A stretch of DNA of 63,222 nt from Candidatus Methanomethylicaceae archaeon (GCA_025057955.1 JANXER010000005.1:1-63222); one strand, 5' to 3'. Shown: positions 37,993-47,354, counted from the first letter of the stretch. Notes: generated by a model from the letters alone, not told the origin. Translations and numbers: made by a program.

Positions 37993-39117
37993 ATGTTAAT
38001 ATTCAATACTAGAACTCAAAATAAGGAGGAATTCATTCCAAGTGAGCCAAGTAAGGTTAAGATATATGTATGTGGCCCCACAGTTTATGATCTTTGCCAT
38101 ATAGGTCATGCGAGAAGCTATGTTTGCTTTGATGTATTAAAACGATATCTTATTGAACTGGGCTATAGAGTAGTTCATATTCAAAATTTCACGGATATAG
38201 ATGATAAAATTTTTGAAAGAGCGAGAAGAGAAGGGGTTAGTTCAAGCGAAATTTCAGAAAGATATATAAATGAATACTTTAAGGATATGGATGCACTTAA
38301 TATAATGAGAGCCAGCAAATATACTAGAGTAACAGAATATTTACAGAAAATTGTTGAAATTGTTGAAAAGCTATTGAACTCTGGCTATGCATATCGCTAT
38401 GGCAATGAGATATACTTTGATGTAGAAGCTTCTGGTGGTTTTGGTGAATTAATTAAAAATGTAGAAGAATTCATAGTGGATAGCATAAAAGTGGAAGGTA
38501 AGAGAAAACCATTTGACTTTGTTCTATGGAAATTTGATGAAAATGGCTTTAATAGTAAGATTGGAAGAGGATTTCCAGGATGGCATGCTGAATGTGTAGT
38601 AATGTCCATGGAAAATCTAGGAAATGAAATAGATATACATTGGGGAGGAAAAGATTTAATTTATCCTCATCATGAATGTGAATCTTTAATAGCCAAAGCT
38701 TTAGTAGGAAAGAGATTTGTAAAGTATTGGATGCATAATGGTTTAGTATTGCTTGAAGGCAGAAAGATGTCTAAATCCTCCTCAAAAATATACATAAGAG
38801 AAATTTTAAAGTACTATCCTGCGCCTGTTTTAAGAATGTGGATTTTATCAAAACATTATAGGAGGGATTTGAGCTTCTCTGAGGAAGATTTAAACACAGC
38901 TTGGAAGAAATATGAGAAAATAAAAAGAGCAGCTAAAAAAGCTGGGGATGAAGAGAACTCTAAGACAAAGGAATATATTCAAGAGTTCCTTTCAGCAATG
39001 AATGATGATATGAATACGGAAAAAGCCATTGAAGTAGTGGAGGAATTTTCTGAGAAAAATTTGCATGGATTAAGGTTATATAAAATCTTTGAGAGAGTTC
39101 TTGGAATAGAATTATAA
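37993..39117 (+). CDS. cysS: Cysteinyl-tRNA synthetase-like class I ligase, C-terminally short
   Basis: It has the motifs CGPTVYDLCHIGHARSY (HIGH), WHAEC, HHECE and KMSKS, and a DALR-like FLSAMNDDMNTEKA. The protein ends about 40 aa later, and the stop overlaps the convergent lysS by 6 nt. That leaves no room for the usual C-terminal anticodon-binding domain. Confidence 0.75.
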   Translation: MLIFNTRTQNKEEFIPSEPSKVKIYVCGPTVYDLCHIGHARSYVCFDVLKRYLIELGYRVVHIQNFTDIDDKIFERARREGVSSSEISERYINEYFKDMDALNIMRASKYTRVTEYLQKIVEIVEKLLNSGYAYRYGNEIYFDVEASGGFGELIKNVEEFIVDSIKVEGKRKPFDFVLWKFDENGFNSKIGRGFPGWHAECVVMSMENLGNEIDIHWGGKDLIYPHHECESLIAKALVGKRFVKYWMHNGLVLLEGRKMSKSSSKIYIREILKYYPAPVLRMWILSKHYRRDLSFSEEDLNTAWKKYEKIKRAAKKAGDEENSKTKEYIQEFLSAMNDDMNTEKAIEVVEEFSEKNLHGLRLYKIFERVLGIEL

Positions 39118-40698
39118 AACGCTCTTTAAGCGGCTTAAAAGCCAATCTCTATCCAATGCCATAAGCAATGGAGCTAATCTTGGTCCTTTATCAGAACCAA
39201 GAATTATTTTATATATTATACTAAAGGCTCTTCCAACCTCAAGTCCATATGCTCTTGCAGTATTGAAGATTTCATTTTGAAGTTCATTCTCTGATAAATC
39301 CCTCTCTATTAAAAGAATCAAACTTCTTATGAATTCCTTTTCCTCTTGGCTCGGTCTATATATGGGCTTTTCCATTGAAATTTTGAACTTAATATTTTCA
39401 GGTGCATAGAGCTCAAGCCATCTCTTAGCCATCTTCAATCTTCTCTTTGCATCTTCTATATCTTCATTCGATGGTTGAACTCCACTAAGCTTCTTCAAAT
39501 AATCTATTGTTTTCTTCAAAATCTTTTCCATTTCAAGGAGATTTTCCAATTGAACCATTATTATACAATATCTATAGGGTAATCTAATGGGAGGTCTACT
39601 TGGAATATTGCTCATAATACATAATTCATATAAATCCTTATAATATTGAAAATTCTCTTCAGATGATAATTTTTCCAAACCAAAGTATATCCTTTCAAGT
39701 CTATCAAATCCATCCACTATATCAGGAATGCGCTCTGGAAGAAATTCTATATGGCGCATTGGATCGACGTTTAAAATCATAAATCTCATGGCCTCAGGGG
39801 GGGCAATTTCAAGCCATTCTTTAGGAGTAAAGGTTATTCCTTTATGAGTTTTCATGGCTTTTCCACCTAGAGTTAACCATTCATATGGAACCTTCAGCGG
39901 TCCTTTATAGCCGAATAATTTTGAACAAACCTCTAAGGCCATATCATAAGCTCCACCCTTAACACAATGATCTTTTCCAGCTGGTTCGCAGCTCACATTG
40001 AATATAGCCCATTTAGCTGCCCAATCCACCCTCCAGCTCAGTTTGAGCTGTAAATCAGAAATTCTTCCAATTCCTTCATAACCACATACTAAACATCTAT
40101 ATTTTGCTAAATCTCTATCTAAATTCCACCAATCAAGCTTATTGGGTGAAACTTCCTTCTCCTTTGAAGCAATTTTTCCACAGTTTTCGCATACAACCAT
40201 TACTGGATTCCAATCCTCTTCATTTCCAATATACTTATTCCTTATTTCCTTTATTAATTCCAAATTTTTGAGAACAATTCTTATGGCATTTTTCATTTCC
40301 TTTCTTCTATAAAGTTCATGAGCATATATTATGTTTGGATTTACTCCAAGCTCATCTTGATATTGAATAAATTCCTCAGAGAAATGAACGGCATAGCTTT
40401 CATGACAGCCATAAGGATCTGGCACTTGTGAAAGTGGTCTTCCAATGTTTTCTTCAAATCCCTTTGGAATTTCCAATCCTACTGGTATAGATTTCAATGG
40501 ATCATAGGAGTCAATTATAAAATTGAATATGGATTCATAACCTCTATTCTTAAGCTCTCTTTGAATGGCACTACATATGAATTGTTCCCTCTCAGCGCCT
40601 ATGTGTATTGGTCCCGAGGGGGTTTTTCCAGTATGTATAACTATTTGTGGATCATTTCTAGCTAGAATTTCATCCACAATTCTCTTTATCCAATGCAT
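39112..40698 (-). CDS. lysK: Lysyl-tRNA synthetase, class I
   Basis: The start region is TGKTPSGPIHIGAEREQ (HIGH-like). It has a Zn-finger-like CENCGK...CLVCGY insert and a KMSKS-equivalent GGKAMKTHKG, at a typical length of 528 aa. Confidence 0.85.
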   Translation of the reverse strand: MHWIKRIVDEILARNDPQIVIHTGKTPSGPIHIGAEREQFICSAIQRELKNRGYESIFNFIIDSYDPLKSIPVGLEIPKGFEENIGRPLSQVPDPYGCHESYAVHFSEEFIQYQDELGVNPNIIYAHELYRRKEMKNAIRIVLKNLELIKEIRNKYIGNEEDWNPVMVVCENCGKIASKEKEVSPNKLDWWNLDRDLAKYRCLVCGYEGIGRISDLQLKLSWRVDWAAKWAIFNVSCEPAGKDHCVKGGAYDMALEVCSKLFGYKGPLKVPYEWLTLGGKAMKTHKGITFTPKEWLEIAPPEAMRFMILNVDPMRHIEFLPERIPDIVDGFDRLERIYFGLEKLSSEENFQYYKDLYELCIMSNIPSRPPIRLPYRYCIIMVQLENLLEMEKILKKTIDYLKKLSGVQPSNEDIEDAKRRLKMAKRWLELYAPENIKFKISMEKPIYRPSQEEKEFIRSLILLIERDLSENELQNEIFNTARAYGLEVGRAFSIIYKIILGSDKGPRLAPLLMALDRDWLLSRLKSVL

Positions 40699-41382
40699 TT
40701 ACATCCCCAGCATTTTTCTTACTTCTTCACATCCTCCTCTTTCCTTAGCCGCTATAATTTTGAAAGCCGATATTCCCTTAGGAAGCACTTCCAGATCCCT
40801 TCCAGTACATTCCTTTATGATATCTCTTGCTGCAAATAATACCTCATCATTTATTTCAGCATCTGTTCTATCTGCCATATGTACTAATAAAGCTTCAATA
40901 GTTCTTGGCTCTATTGGACTAGATTTTCCATGATGAGCTATAACTGCATGTATAACCTCCAATGGAAACTTTCTCAAATATAATTCTCCAATAATTAATG
41001 ATAGATGATCTATTCTTTCACCTAGCTTTGATCTTTTGAATCTTCCATCTTCAGCTTGAATATATGTTATATATTTGAATACATCATGAAGAAGCGAAGC
41101 AGCAATTATGACATCCCTATTGATCTTCACATCATACATTTCCTCTAATATATCTGAAAGAGCAAGAGCTATTTTTGTGGTAGCCAAGGTATGAATTATA
41201 AGACCTCTTTCATAGGAATGATGTCTCCTTTTACTCGCTGGAGATTCCTCAAATTCTATAGAATCTTTAAAATCCATTAATAATGGTCTAGGATTCTTCA
41301 ATAATTCAATTACCTTCTCCCTTAGTTCATCATTCCTAATTTTTTCAGCAATTTTTATTAATTCTTCCATATCATTCCTCAT
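40699..41382 (-). CDS. HD-domain metal-dependent phosphohydrolase
   Basis: It has the motifs HSYERGLIIH, LLHDVFK and IAHHGK, and abuts the lysK start with no gap. Confidence 0.7.
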   Translation of the reverse strand: MRNDMEELIKIAEKIRNDELREKVIELLKNPRPLLMDFKDSIEFEESPASKRRHHSYERGLIIHTLATTKIALALSDILEEMYDVKINRDVIIAASLLHDVFKYITYIQAEDGRFKRSKLGERIDHLSLIIGELYLRKFPLEVIHAVIAHHGKSSPIEPRTIEALLVHMADRTDAEINDEVLFAARDIIKECTGRDLEVLPKGISAFKIIAAKERGGCEEVRKMLGM

Positions 41383-41473
41383 AAAATTTTGGAGGTATTT
41401 TAGGATTTTGGACTCACACTTTTAATTCATGAGCGACAAGATTAAAACTCAGTTCTTTATAGAAATACTATGA

Positions 41474-41561
41474 GCGGGGATTCCCAAGCCAGGTCAAAGG
41501 GGTAGGACTGAGGCTCCTATGGCGTAGGCCTTCGTGGGTTCAAATCCCACTCCCCGCACCA
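41474..41561 (+). tRNA. tRNA-Leu (anticodon GAG), long variable arm, CCA encoded
   Basis: It folds as GCGGGGA-UU-CCC..GGG-G-UAGGA-CUGAGGC-UCCUA-(variable arm UGGCGUAGGCCUUC)-GUGGG-UUCAAAU-CCCAC-UCCCCGC-A-CCA. Confidence 0.9.
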
Positions 41562-41565
41562 TTAT

Positions 41566-41865
41566 TCATATTAATTGTTTCAAGAATAATTTGTAAACCA
41601 TCAATACTATCACAGCTGGAATAAGCCCCATTGCTATAATAAATGCTAGATTTCCCAGAGGAAACTCCAATTCCATCGCTCTATTCCTTTCCGCTAAATT
41701 TTCATTAACGGAAGTTTTCATAGGCTCTTTCATAGGATCTGAGGGAATTTCCTGTAGAGTCCTCTGTTGTAGTACTATAAGCGGCATAGTCATTACTACT
41801 ATCCCCATTACCATAGCTATGATATAGAGCTTTATTCTCAATTTCATCAAGTATATTCTCTTCAA
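41566..41865 (-). CDS. Small two-TM membrane protein, co-directional with the wHTH gene
   Basis: It is 99 aa, with two hydrophobic helices flanking a polar loop, and starts 14 nt downstream of the wHTH gene. Confidence 0.45.
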   Translation of the reverse strand: MKRIYLMKLRIKLYIIAMVMGIVVMTMPLIVLQQRTLQEIPSDPMKEPMKTSVNENLAERNRAMELEFPLGNLAFIIAMGLIPAVIVLMVYKLFLKQLI

Positions 41866-41879
41866 AATTATATATTAAT

Positions 41880-42323
41880 CTACATTTTTGAACGGTTTTC
41901 AATAATGAGCTTTATGCTCTCGGCCCATAAAATTGCTGAAGATATAGTTCCAAATATTATGGCCACAATGTTATGTATGGACCAATCATGCTTGTAAAGC
42001 AATATATATGTAATCAACATACTCGTTATGAAGACAGCATAGAATATAAATCTCGGTATGAGAAATCTTCCAAATTTAACAAAAAACTTCATCACTCCAA
42101 CTTTAACATTTTGCACCAAAAAGTACTCTCCGCCATTTGTTTTTCCCACTAATCCTAGAGAAACTAATTTTTCCAGATGATATGCGGCCAGGCTTGGGCT
42201 TGAGAAATTTAGCTTCCTCTGAATCTCTCTTACGCCAACTTTTTCATCAGCCCTCTCAAGCAAATATCTATAGACTTTTAGAGTCTTTCCCCTTAGCTGC
42301 CCCTCTATATCTTTATCCCTCAT
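41880..42323 (-). CDS. Membrane-anchored winged-helix (ArsR/TrmB-like) DNA-binding protein
   Basis: The N-terminal wHTH is LKVYRYLLERADEKVGVREIQRKLNFSSPSLAAYHLEKLVSLGLV. Two or three TM helices follow (FLIPRFIFYAVFITSMLITYILLY, IVAIIFGTISSAILWA). Confidence 0.6.
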   Translation of the reverse strand: MRDKDIEGQLRGKTLKVYRYLLERADEKVGVREIQRKLNFSSPSLAAYHLEKLVSLGLVGKTNGGEYFLVQNVKVGVMKFFVKFGRFLIPRFIFYAVFITSMLITYILLYKHDWSIHNIVAIIFGTISSAILWAESIKLIIENRSKM

Positions 42324-42357
42324 ATGGAATAACTTATAATTCTTTAATTAAAAAATT

Positions 42358-42376
42358 TGTTCGAAGCATTCGAACA
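42358..42376. promoter_or_regulatory. Perfect 8-3-8 palindrome TGTTCGAA-GCA-TTCGAACA in the divergent intergenic region (candidate operator)
   Basis: I read it directly from the sequence. It lies 35-53 nt upstream of the wHTH start and 57-75 nt upstream of the beta-propeller start, between two AT-rich TATA-like tracts. Confidence 0.5.
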
Positions 42377-42432
42377 TCTGTCCTAAATTATAGGATTATC
42401 TTATTGCAATACAAAATTAATTTTGTGAAATC

Positions 42433-44142
42433 ATGCATAGGAAATTCATTATCACAATAATCCTGATGTTGCTAATTCCTTTCATTAGTACAGATGCCGC
42501 AGGAATGAAGACATTTCAATCAAAGGAAGAACTTGAGAGATTCATAAATATGAGAATGAATGCCACGTTGATATTTGATTCCCCAAGCATTTCAATTTTT
42601 GAAGCCTCTCGTAACAATCTAGCCGCTAAATCATCCAATGATTATTCCACGACTAATATACAGGTGGAGGGGGTGGATGAAGCAGATATTGTTAAGACTG
42701 ATGGTGAGAGAATTTTCCTAGCTTCAAATAATAAAATCTATATAATAAAGGCATTTCCAGCTTATGAAATGAAAATAATTTCAATGCTGGAAATTGATGG
42801 AAATATTCATGGACTCTTTATAAAGGGAAATAACTTGGTCATCATATATTCCAAGTCGATATTAATACTAGATGAAATATTAAAAAAGATCATTCGACCT
42901 AGGCATCATGTCTGGCTATATATGGATGTGTATGATATAGCTGACAAGCCTAATAGAATAGGCAGCATTGCAATTGATGGATGGTATATTGCTTCGAGAA
43001 TGGTTGAAAATTATGTCTATATGGTTTCTATACAACCAATTCGAAAAATTGAACTGCCCAGAATCTCAATAGATGGATTTGAAATTACCATTCCGCCTAA
43101 TAGTATATACTACTCTGAAGCTATAGATCGGCCATATGGATTTACCATAATTACAGCAGTGGACATTTCAAGCCCAAGCCTGATGGCAGCAAAGGCAGTG
43201 CTTACAGGTTCCACAACTGACATTTATATGTCCAAAAATAATCTCTATGTGGCGTTTCCAAAGTTTCGCTTCACCACTGAATTATATAGAATCTCCATAA
43301 AAGGCCTTGATATTTCATGTAAAAATGGCTTGGAAGTTCCAGGGATGATTATAAATCAATTCTCAATGGATGAATATGATGGATACTTCAGAGTAGCTAC
43401 AACATCAACTAATGGCAACAATATATATGTTATAAGAGTAGATGATATGAAAATTGTTGGAAAACTTGAAGGATTGGCGTATGGTGAGCGAATATATTCT
43501 GCTAGGTTTATGGGAGATCGTTGCTATTTAGTTACCTTCAAGATAATTGATCCATTATTTACTATAGATCTATCCAATCCACTTGAACCAAGGGTTTTGG
43601 GAGAGCTAAAAATACCTGGCTTCAGTCAGTATCTCCACCCATATGATAACAACCATCTTATTGGTATAGGTAGAGACGTCATACTTTCTGAATACGGCGA
43701 TTTTGCATGGCATCAAGGCTTGAAGATCTCTCTCTTTGATGTATCCAATGTTAGCTATCCAAAGGAAGTTAGCAGCATTATAATAGGTGATAGAGGCACG
43801 TATTCTCCTGTACTATTTGATCATCATGCTTTTCTCCTAATTAAGGAGAAGAATATGTTTGTAATTCCAATCCTTGAAATAGAGAAACTTAGTGACGCCC
43901 CTCCATGGGAATATGGAAAGCCCATATTTCAAGGAGCTTATGTATTCAAAATCTCATATGAAGGGATTATTTTAATAGGAAAAATCTCCCATTGTGATAG
44001 CAATTATTATGAGGTTAAGAGATGTGTTTATATCGATAATGCACTCTATACTATAAGTGATGCTAAAGTTAAGGCAAACTCCCTTATAGATTTGAGCGAA
44101 ATTCATGAATTAAAAATCCATGAATTAATATTGACTAAATAA
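42433..44142 (+). CDS. Secreted beta-propeller-domain protein (Beta_propel family)
   Basis: It has a signal peptide and the family-typical N-terminal block YSTTNIQVEGVDEADIVKTDGERIF. Repetitive beta-rich sequence follows, including RFMGDRCYLVTF...DPLFTIDLSNP and HQGLKISLFDVSN. Confidence 0.7.
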   Translation: MHRKFIITIILMLLIPFISTDAAGMKTFQSKEELERFINMRMNATLIFDSPSISIFEASRNNLAAKSSNDYSTTNIQVEGVDEADIVKTDGERIFLASNNKIYIIKAFPAYEMKIISMLEIDGNIHGLFIKGNNLVIIYSKSILILDEILKKIIRPRHHVWLYMDVYDIADKPNRIGSIAIDGWYIASRMVENYVYMVSIQPIRKIELPRISIDGFEITIPPNSIYYSEAIDRPYGFTIITAVDISSPSLMAAKAVLTGSTTDIYMSKNNLYVAFPKFRFTTELYRISIKGLDISCKNGLEVPGMIINQFSMDEYDGYFRVATTSTNGNNIYVIRVDDMKIVGKLEGLAYGERIYSARFMGDRCYLVTFKIIDPLFTIDLSNPLEPRVLGELKIPGFSQYLHPYDNNHLIGIGRDVILSEYGDFAWHQGLKISLFDVSNVSYPKEVSSIIIGDRGTYSPVLFDHHAFLLIKEKNMFVIPILEIEKLSDAPPWEYGKPIFQGAYVFKISYEGIILIGKISHCDSNYYEVKRCVYIDNALYTISDAKVKANSLIDLSEIHELKIHELILTK

Positions 44143-44316
44143 TTTCTTTAACATTATTGAATGCGAATCTGTGAAACATAATGAGCATTATACCTTGCAA
44201 TTTTTAATAATTTCTAATTTATGATAAATACTCAAAATTTTATGATTATAGAAAATCCATCGCCATATTGAAAACAAAATATATTATAAAAAGCATATAA
44301 TTAAATTGGAGGTTCT

Positions 44317-44520
44317 ATGCCAATTATTCATGTATATGGTTGGAAGGGACTCTCAGATGAAGCTAAGAGGAAAATTATAGCAGGAATTACAAAAGTCTTC
44401 ACTGATATGGGAATACCAAAGGAGGCTGTTGAAGTAATTATTCATGAAATTCCTAAGGAGAGCTGGGGAGTTGGTGGTGAGCTTGCAAGCGAGAAGCTGC
44501 GTGATTTTCGTCCACCATAG
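44317..44520 (+). CDS. 4-oxalocrotonate tautomerase-family protein
   Basis: It is 67 aa with Pro at position 2 (MPIIHVY) and a beta-alpha-beta pattern. A GGAGG-like SD lies upstream. Confidence 0.7.
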   Translation: MPIIHVYGWKGLSDEAKRKIIAGITKVFTDMGIPKEAVEVIIHEIPKESWGVGGELASEKLRDFRPP

Positions 44521-44523
44521 AAA

Positions 44524-44530
44524 TTTTTTT
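44524..44530 (+). terminator. T7 tract after the tautomerase gene
   Basis: The sequence aaatttttttaa starts directly after the stop codon. Confidence 0.35.
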
Positions 44531-44607
44531 AATAATTATTATTTCAGAAAATTAGCATAAAGAATTTATAATATAATTATATTATCAAATTATGGAGAGG
44601 TAAATTT

Positions 44608-44790
44608 ATGCCAAAAGTAAGAGTGGATCCAGATAAATGCAATGGCGATGGCCTTTGCATATCAGTTTGTCCAACAAACGTTTTCGACTTTATAAACAAT
44701 AAAGCTGTTCCTGCTAGAGAACAAGACTGTATACTATGCATGGCTTGTGTAACTCAATGTCCAACTCAAGCAATAACTGTGGAGGAATAA
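44608..44790 (+). CDS. Small ferredoxin with one CxxCxxCxxxCP motif and one CxxDxxCxxxCP motif
   Basis: The motifs are CNGDGLCISVCP (Asp replaces the second Cys) and CILCMACVTQCP, in 60 aa. Confidence 0.8.
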   Translation: MPKVRVDPDKCNGDGLCISVCPTNVFDFINNKAVPAREQDCILCMACVTQCPTQAITVEE

Positions 44791-45126
44791 CCTCTTTATA
44801 TTCATTTTTTAATAACTCTGAAGTTTTGGTTGAAGAATTATTAAAAATTGAGATGGTTAATATTTCTAAGGAAATACAACTTCCTTAAGGAGCATTTAGA
44901 TTGCTCCAAAGCAATAATTGGAAATAATAATTGGGAATAATTAAAGAAATAATAAAATAAATAAAATTATCTATGAAGATTTAAAAGCATCTCTTTATTT
45001 TTGTTCATTTTTCGAAAAGTCATGACATTAAATCTATTATGCTAAATGAGTTTAATGAAACTCTTAAATTGAACCTGGGCGTATTCAAAGGGTTGAAAAT
45101 TAAATTGTACCGCCATAATAGAGAAA

Positions 45127-46023
45127 TTAAGTGATTAAAATTACCTCCTTATCTGTTGTTAGTATAGTGTGTTCTGCTTGAGCTACAGTTTTTCTTGAAG
45201 CCTCTATTAATACTGGATATTCATAAATTATTTTATTTTTCATGAGATTCTTCAGAATTTCTTCAGGCAAATCTATCCATCTTTTAGCAAAGGGGAGTGT
45301 TCTATATCTTCTGAAGATTTCATCAAAGTATTCTTTGATTTTTTGATCCTTTGGGCCCTTCAATTTAACTATGTGCAAAATATTGCCAGGAGGTCCATTA
45401 ATAACTTCTCCTTTTGCATCAGATAATGTAACAAAGGGCTCTATGGCATATATTGACCATGGTTCTATCCTTCCAGGATGAGTGCCTGAGATATTAGGTA
45501 TACTGATGCCTGAGTGTACTATATATCTGGATATACTATGTCCTGTTAAATTTGATATAGGCTTATAGCCATATGAGTTTATTACTTTTTCTATAATCCC
45601 TCCAATGTCTGATACTTTCATTCCAATATTTATTACCTCAAGCGCTTTATCCAAAGCTTCTTCTGCAACATCAACCATTTCCTCATAATCTGATTCCAAT
45701 GATATTGTTATAGCAGTATCAGCTATTAATCCATTTACATGAGCTCCAAAGTCTATCTTAATGAGACTTCCATAGTTTATTATACTATCATCCTTTGGAG
45801 GAGAGGTATAATGCGCTCCTACATAATCTATTCCAATATTACATGGAAAGGCTGGTTCTCCTCCTAATCTTCTAATCTCTCCTTCTATTATCTCACATAA
45901 TTCTAATATCTTCATTTTCTCCTTGATGAAATACTTAATTCTATTTCTTACCTCTCTTGTTATTTTTCCAGCCTTAATCGTCCATTCAATTTCCTCCTCA
46001 GTAAGCATAAGTCTTATATGCAA
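45127..46023 (-). CDS. map: Methionine aminopeptidase, type 2 (archaeal)
   Basis: It has a pita-bread fold pattern: FPCNIGIDYVGAHY, IDFGAHVNGLIADTA, GHSI, AIEPF and AQAEHT. Confidence 0.85.
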   Translation of the reverse strand: MHIRLMLTEEEIEWTIKAGKITREVRNRIKYFIKEKMKILELCEIIEGEIRRLGGEPAFPCNIGIDYVGAHYTSPPKDDSIINYGSLIKIDFGAHVNGLIADTAITISLESDYEEMVDVAEEALDKALEVINIGMKVSDIGGIIEKVINSYGYKPISNLTGHSISRYIVHSGISIPNISGTHPGRIEPWSIYAIEPFVTLSDAKGEVINGPPGNILHIVKLKGPKDQKIKEYFDEIFRRYRTLPFAKRWIDLPEEILKNLMKNKIIYEYPVLIEASRKTVAQAEHTILTTDKEVILIT

Positions 46024-46058
46024 AAATTATTTATAAAAACTAATTTAATTGATTCCAT

Positions 46059-46592
46059 ATGTGTGTACTAGGAAAGGATATTTTAATTGAACTTAATAAA
46101 AAATATAAAATAATAAATCCCTTCAATGAATCTCAACTTGATGGAGATAGCTATGTGCTAACGGTCGGTCAAGATATAACGCTTCAATATTTAGAGCATC
46201 AAAACGTCATTTCTCATGAAATTGTATTCACTCCACCAAATTATATAGCATATTTAACTGCAAAGAGCAGATATGGTAGAATGGGTTTATCCTTTTTAAA
46301 TGCTGCAAAAGTTCATAGCGGCTTCTGTGGGAGACTTGCTTTGGAAATAGTGAATTTAAACAACGAGAGAAAGCCAATAACAATAAGAAGAGGAGATCCA
46401 TTCATGCATATTGAATTTATAAAGAGAGAGGGAGGCCCATCTCCTTACGAGGGTGAATATCAATTTCAATATATGACGCGTGAGGAAATAGAAGAATATA
46501 TTCCAATATTGAAAGAGATCATTCCTAACTTTGAAAGACTATTCAAGATATGGATGAGTAGACATTATGACTGGACGAGCTTCCATAAGTGA
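46059..46592 (+). CDS. dCTP deaminase / dUTPase-superfamily protein
   Basis: It has SRYGRMGLSF...VHSGFCGRLALEIVN...I.RGDPFMHIEF, which resembles the Dcd family core. Confidence 0.55.
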   Translation: MCVLGKDILIELNKKYKIINPFNESQLDGDSYVLTVGQDITLQYLEHQNVISHEIVFTPPNYIAYLTAKSRYGRMGLSFLNAAKVHSGFCGRLALEIVNLNNERKPITIRRGDPFMHIEFIKREGGPSPYEGEYQFQYMTREEIEEYIPILKEIIPNFERLFKIWMSRHYDWTSFHK

Positions 46593-47050
46593 TCTCCAAT
46601 ATGGTGAAGATTTTTAATTGCCTTTCCTTTCCTTTTTTCTAAAACTTCCATAGGACTCATGATAATTTTTCCTATGGCTATGGGTTTTCCATATTTCTCA
46701 TCAACTATTACTACAACGTCGTTCAAATTTCCATGAATACTTCTTATGCCTGGCGCCATTACATCAGCTCCATTTACTATGTGTGGAACAGCCCCCATAT
46801 CGATTATTACTTTTGGAAAGGACTCTAAAAGCTCCTGCCTCAGTGGAGGAATGAGCTCTTCATTAATTACTATGGCTATGGCTTTTTCCTCTTGAACGTA
46901 TATTTTATTTCCATCTTTTATTTCTAAAATTTCTATTACTTTTCTTCTATCTATTTTCTCATAAATTGATGGAAGTTTATCTTTTAAAATTTCGAGGAAT
47001 TCCTTTTGTTCCTTAGAACTCAATGGATGTCTCTTTTTAATCATTTTCAA
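46565..47050 (-). CDS. PUA-domain RNA-binding protein (MCT-1/Tma20-like)
   Basis: Its C-terminal PUA-like block is VIIDMGAVPHIVNGADVMAPGI...VVIVDEKYGKPIAIG. Confidence 0.6.
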   Translation of the reverse strand: MKMIKKRHPLSSKEQKEFLEILKDKLPSIYEKIDRRKVIEILEIKDGNKIYVQEEKAIAIVINEELIPPLRQELLESFPKVIIDMGAVPHIVNGADVMAPGIRSIHGNLNDVVVIVDEKYGKPIAIGKIIMSPMEVLEKRKGKAIKNLHHIGDHLWKLVQS

Positions 47051-47117
47051 ACTCTCCGATAGGCTTAAATAATGTATTTTATTAACCCATTGTTAGCTTT
47101 TACGGTAGGCGTTAGAT

Positions 47118-47348
47118 ATGAGCGAGCATAGTGCTACTGAGCTATTAACACAATCCCTTGGCTCAATTGTATTGGTAAAATTGAAGGGTGGAAGGGTAGT
47201 AAGAGGGCTTCTGAGGAGCTTTGATCAGCACTTGAATCTAGTCTTGGATGAAGCCGATGAGCTTATAAGTGAAGGTGAAACTAGAAAATTGGGAACAATA
47301 ATAGTTAGAGGAGATAACGTAGTCATAATATCTCCATCTCCAAAGTGA
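47118..47348 (+). CDS. Sm-like archaeal protein (LSm/SmAP)
   Basis: It carries Sm1/Sm2 motifs: LKGGRVVRGLLRSFDQHLNLVLDEA....IIVRGDNVV. Confidence 0.9.
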   Translation: MSEHSATELLTQSLGSIVLVKLKGGRVVRGLLRSFDQHLNLVLDEADELISEGETRKLGTIIVRGDNVVIISPSPK

Positions 47349-47354
47349 TGAAAT

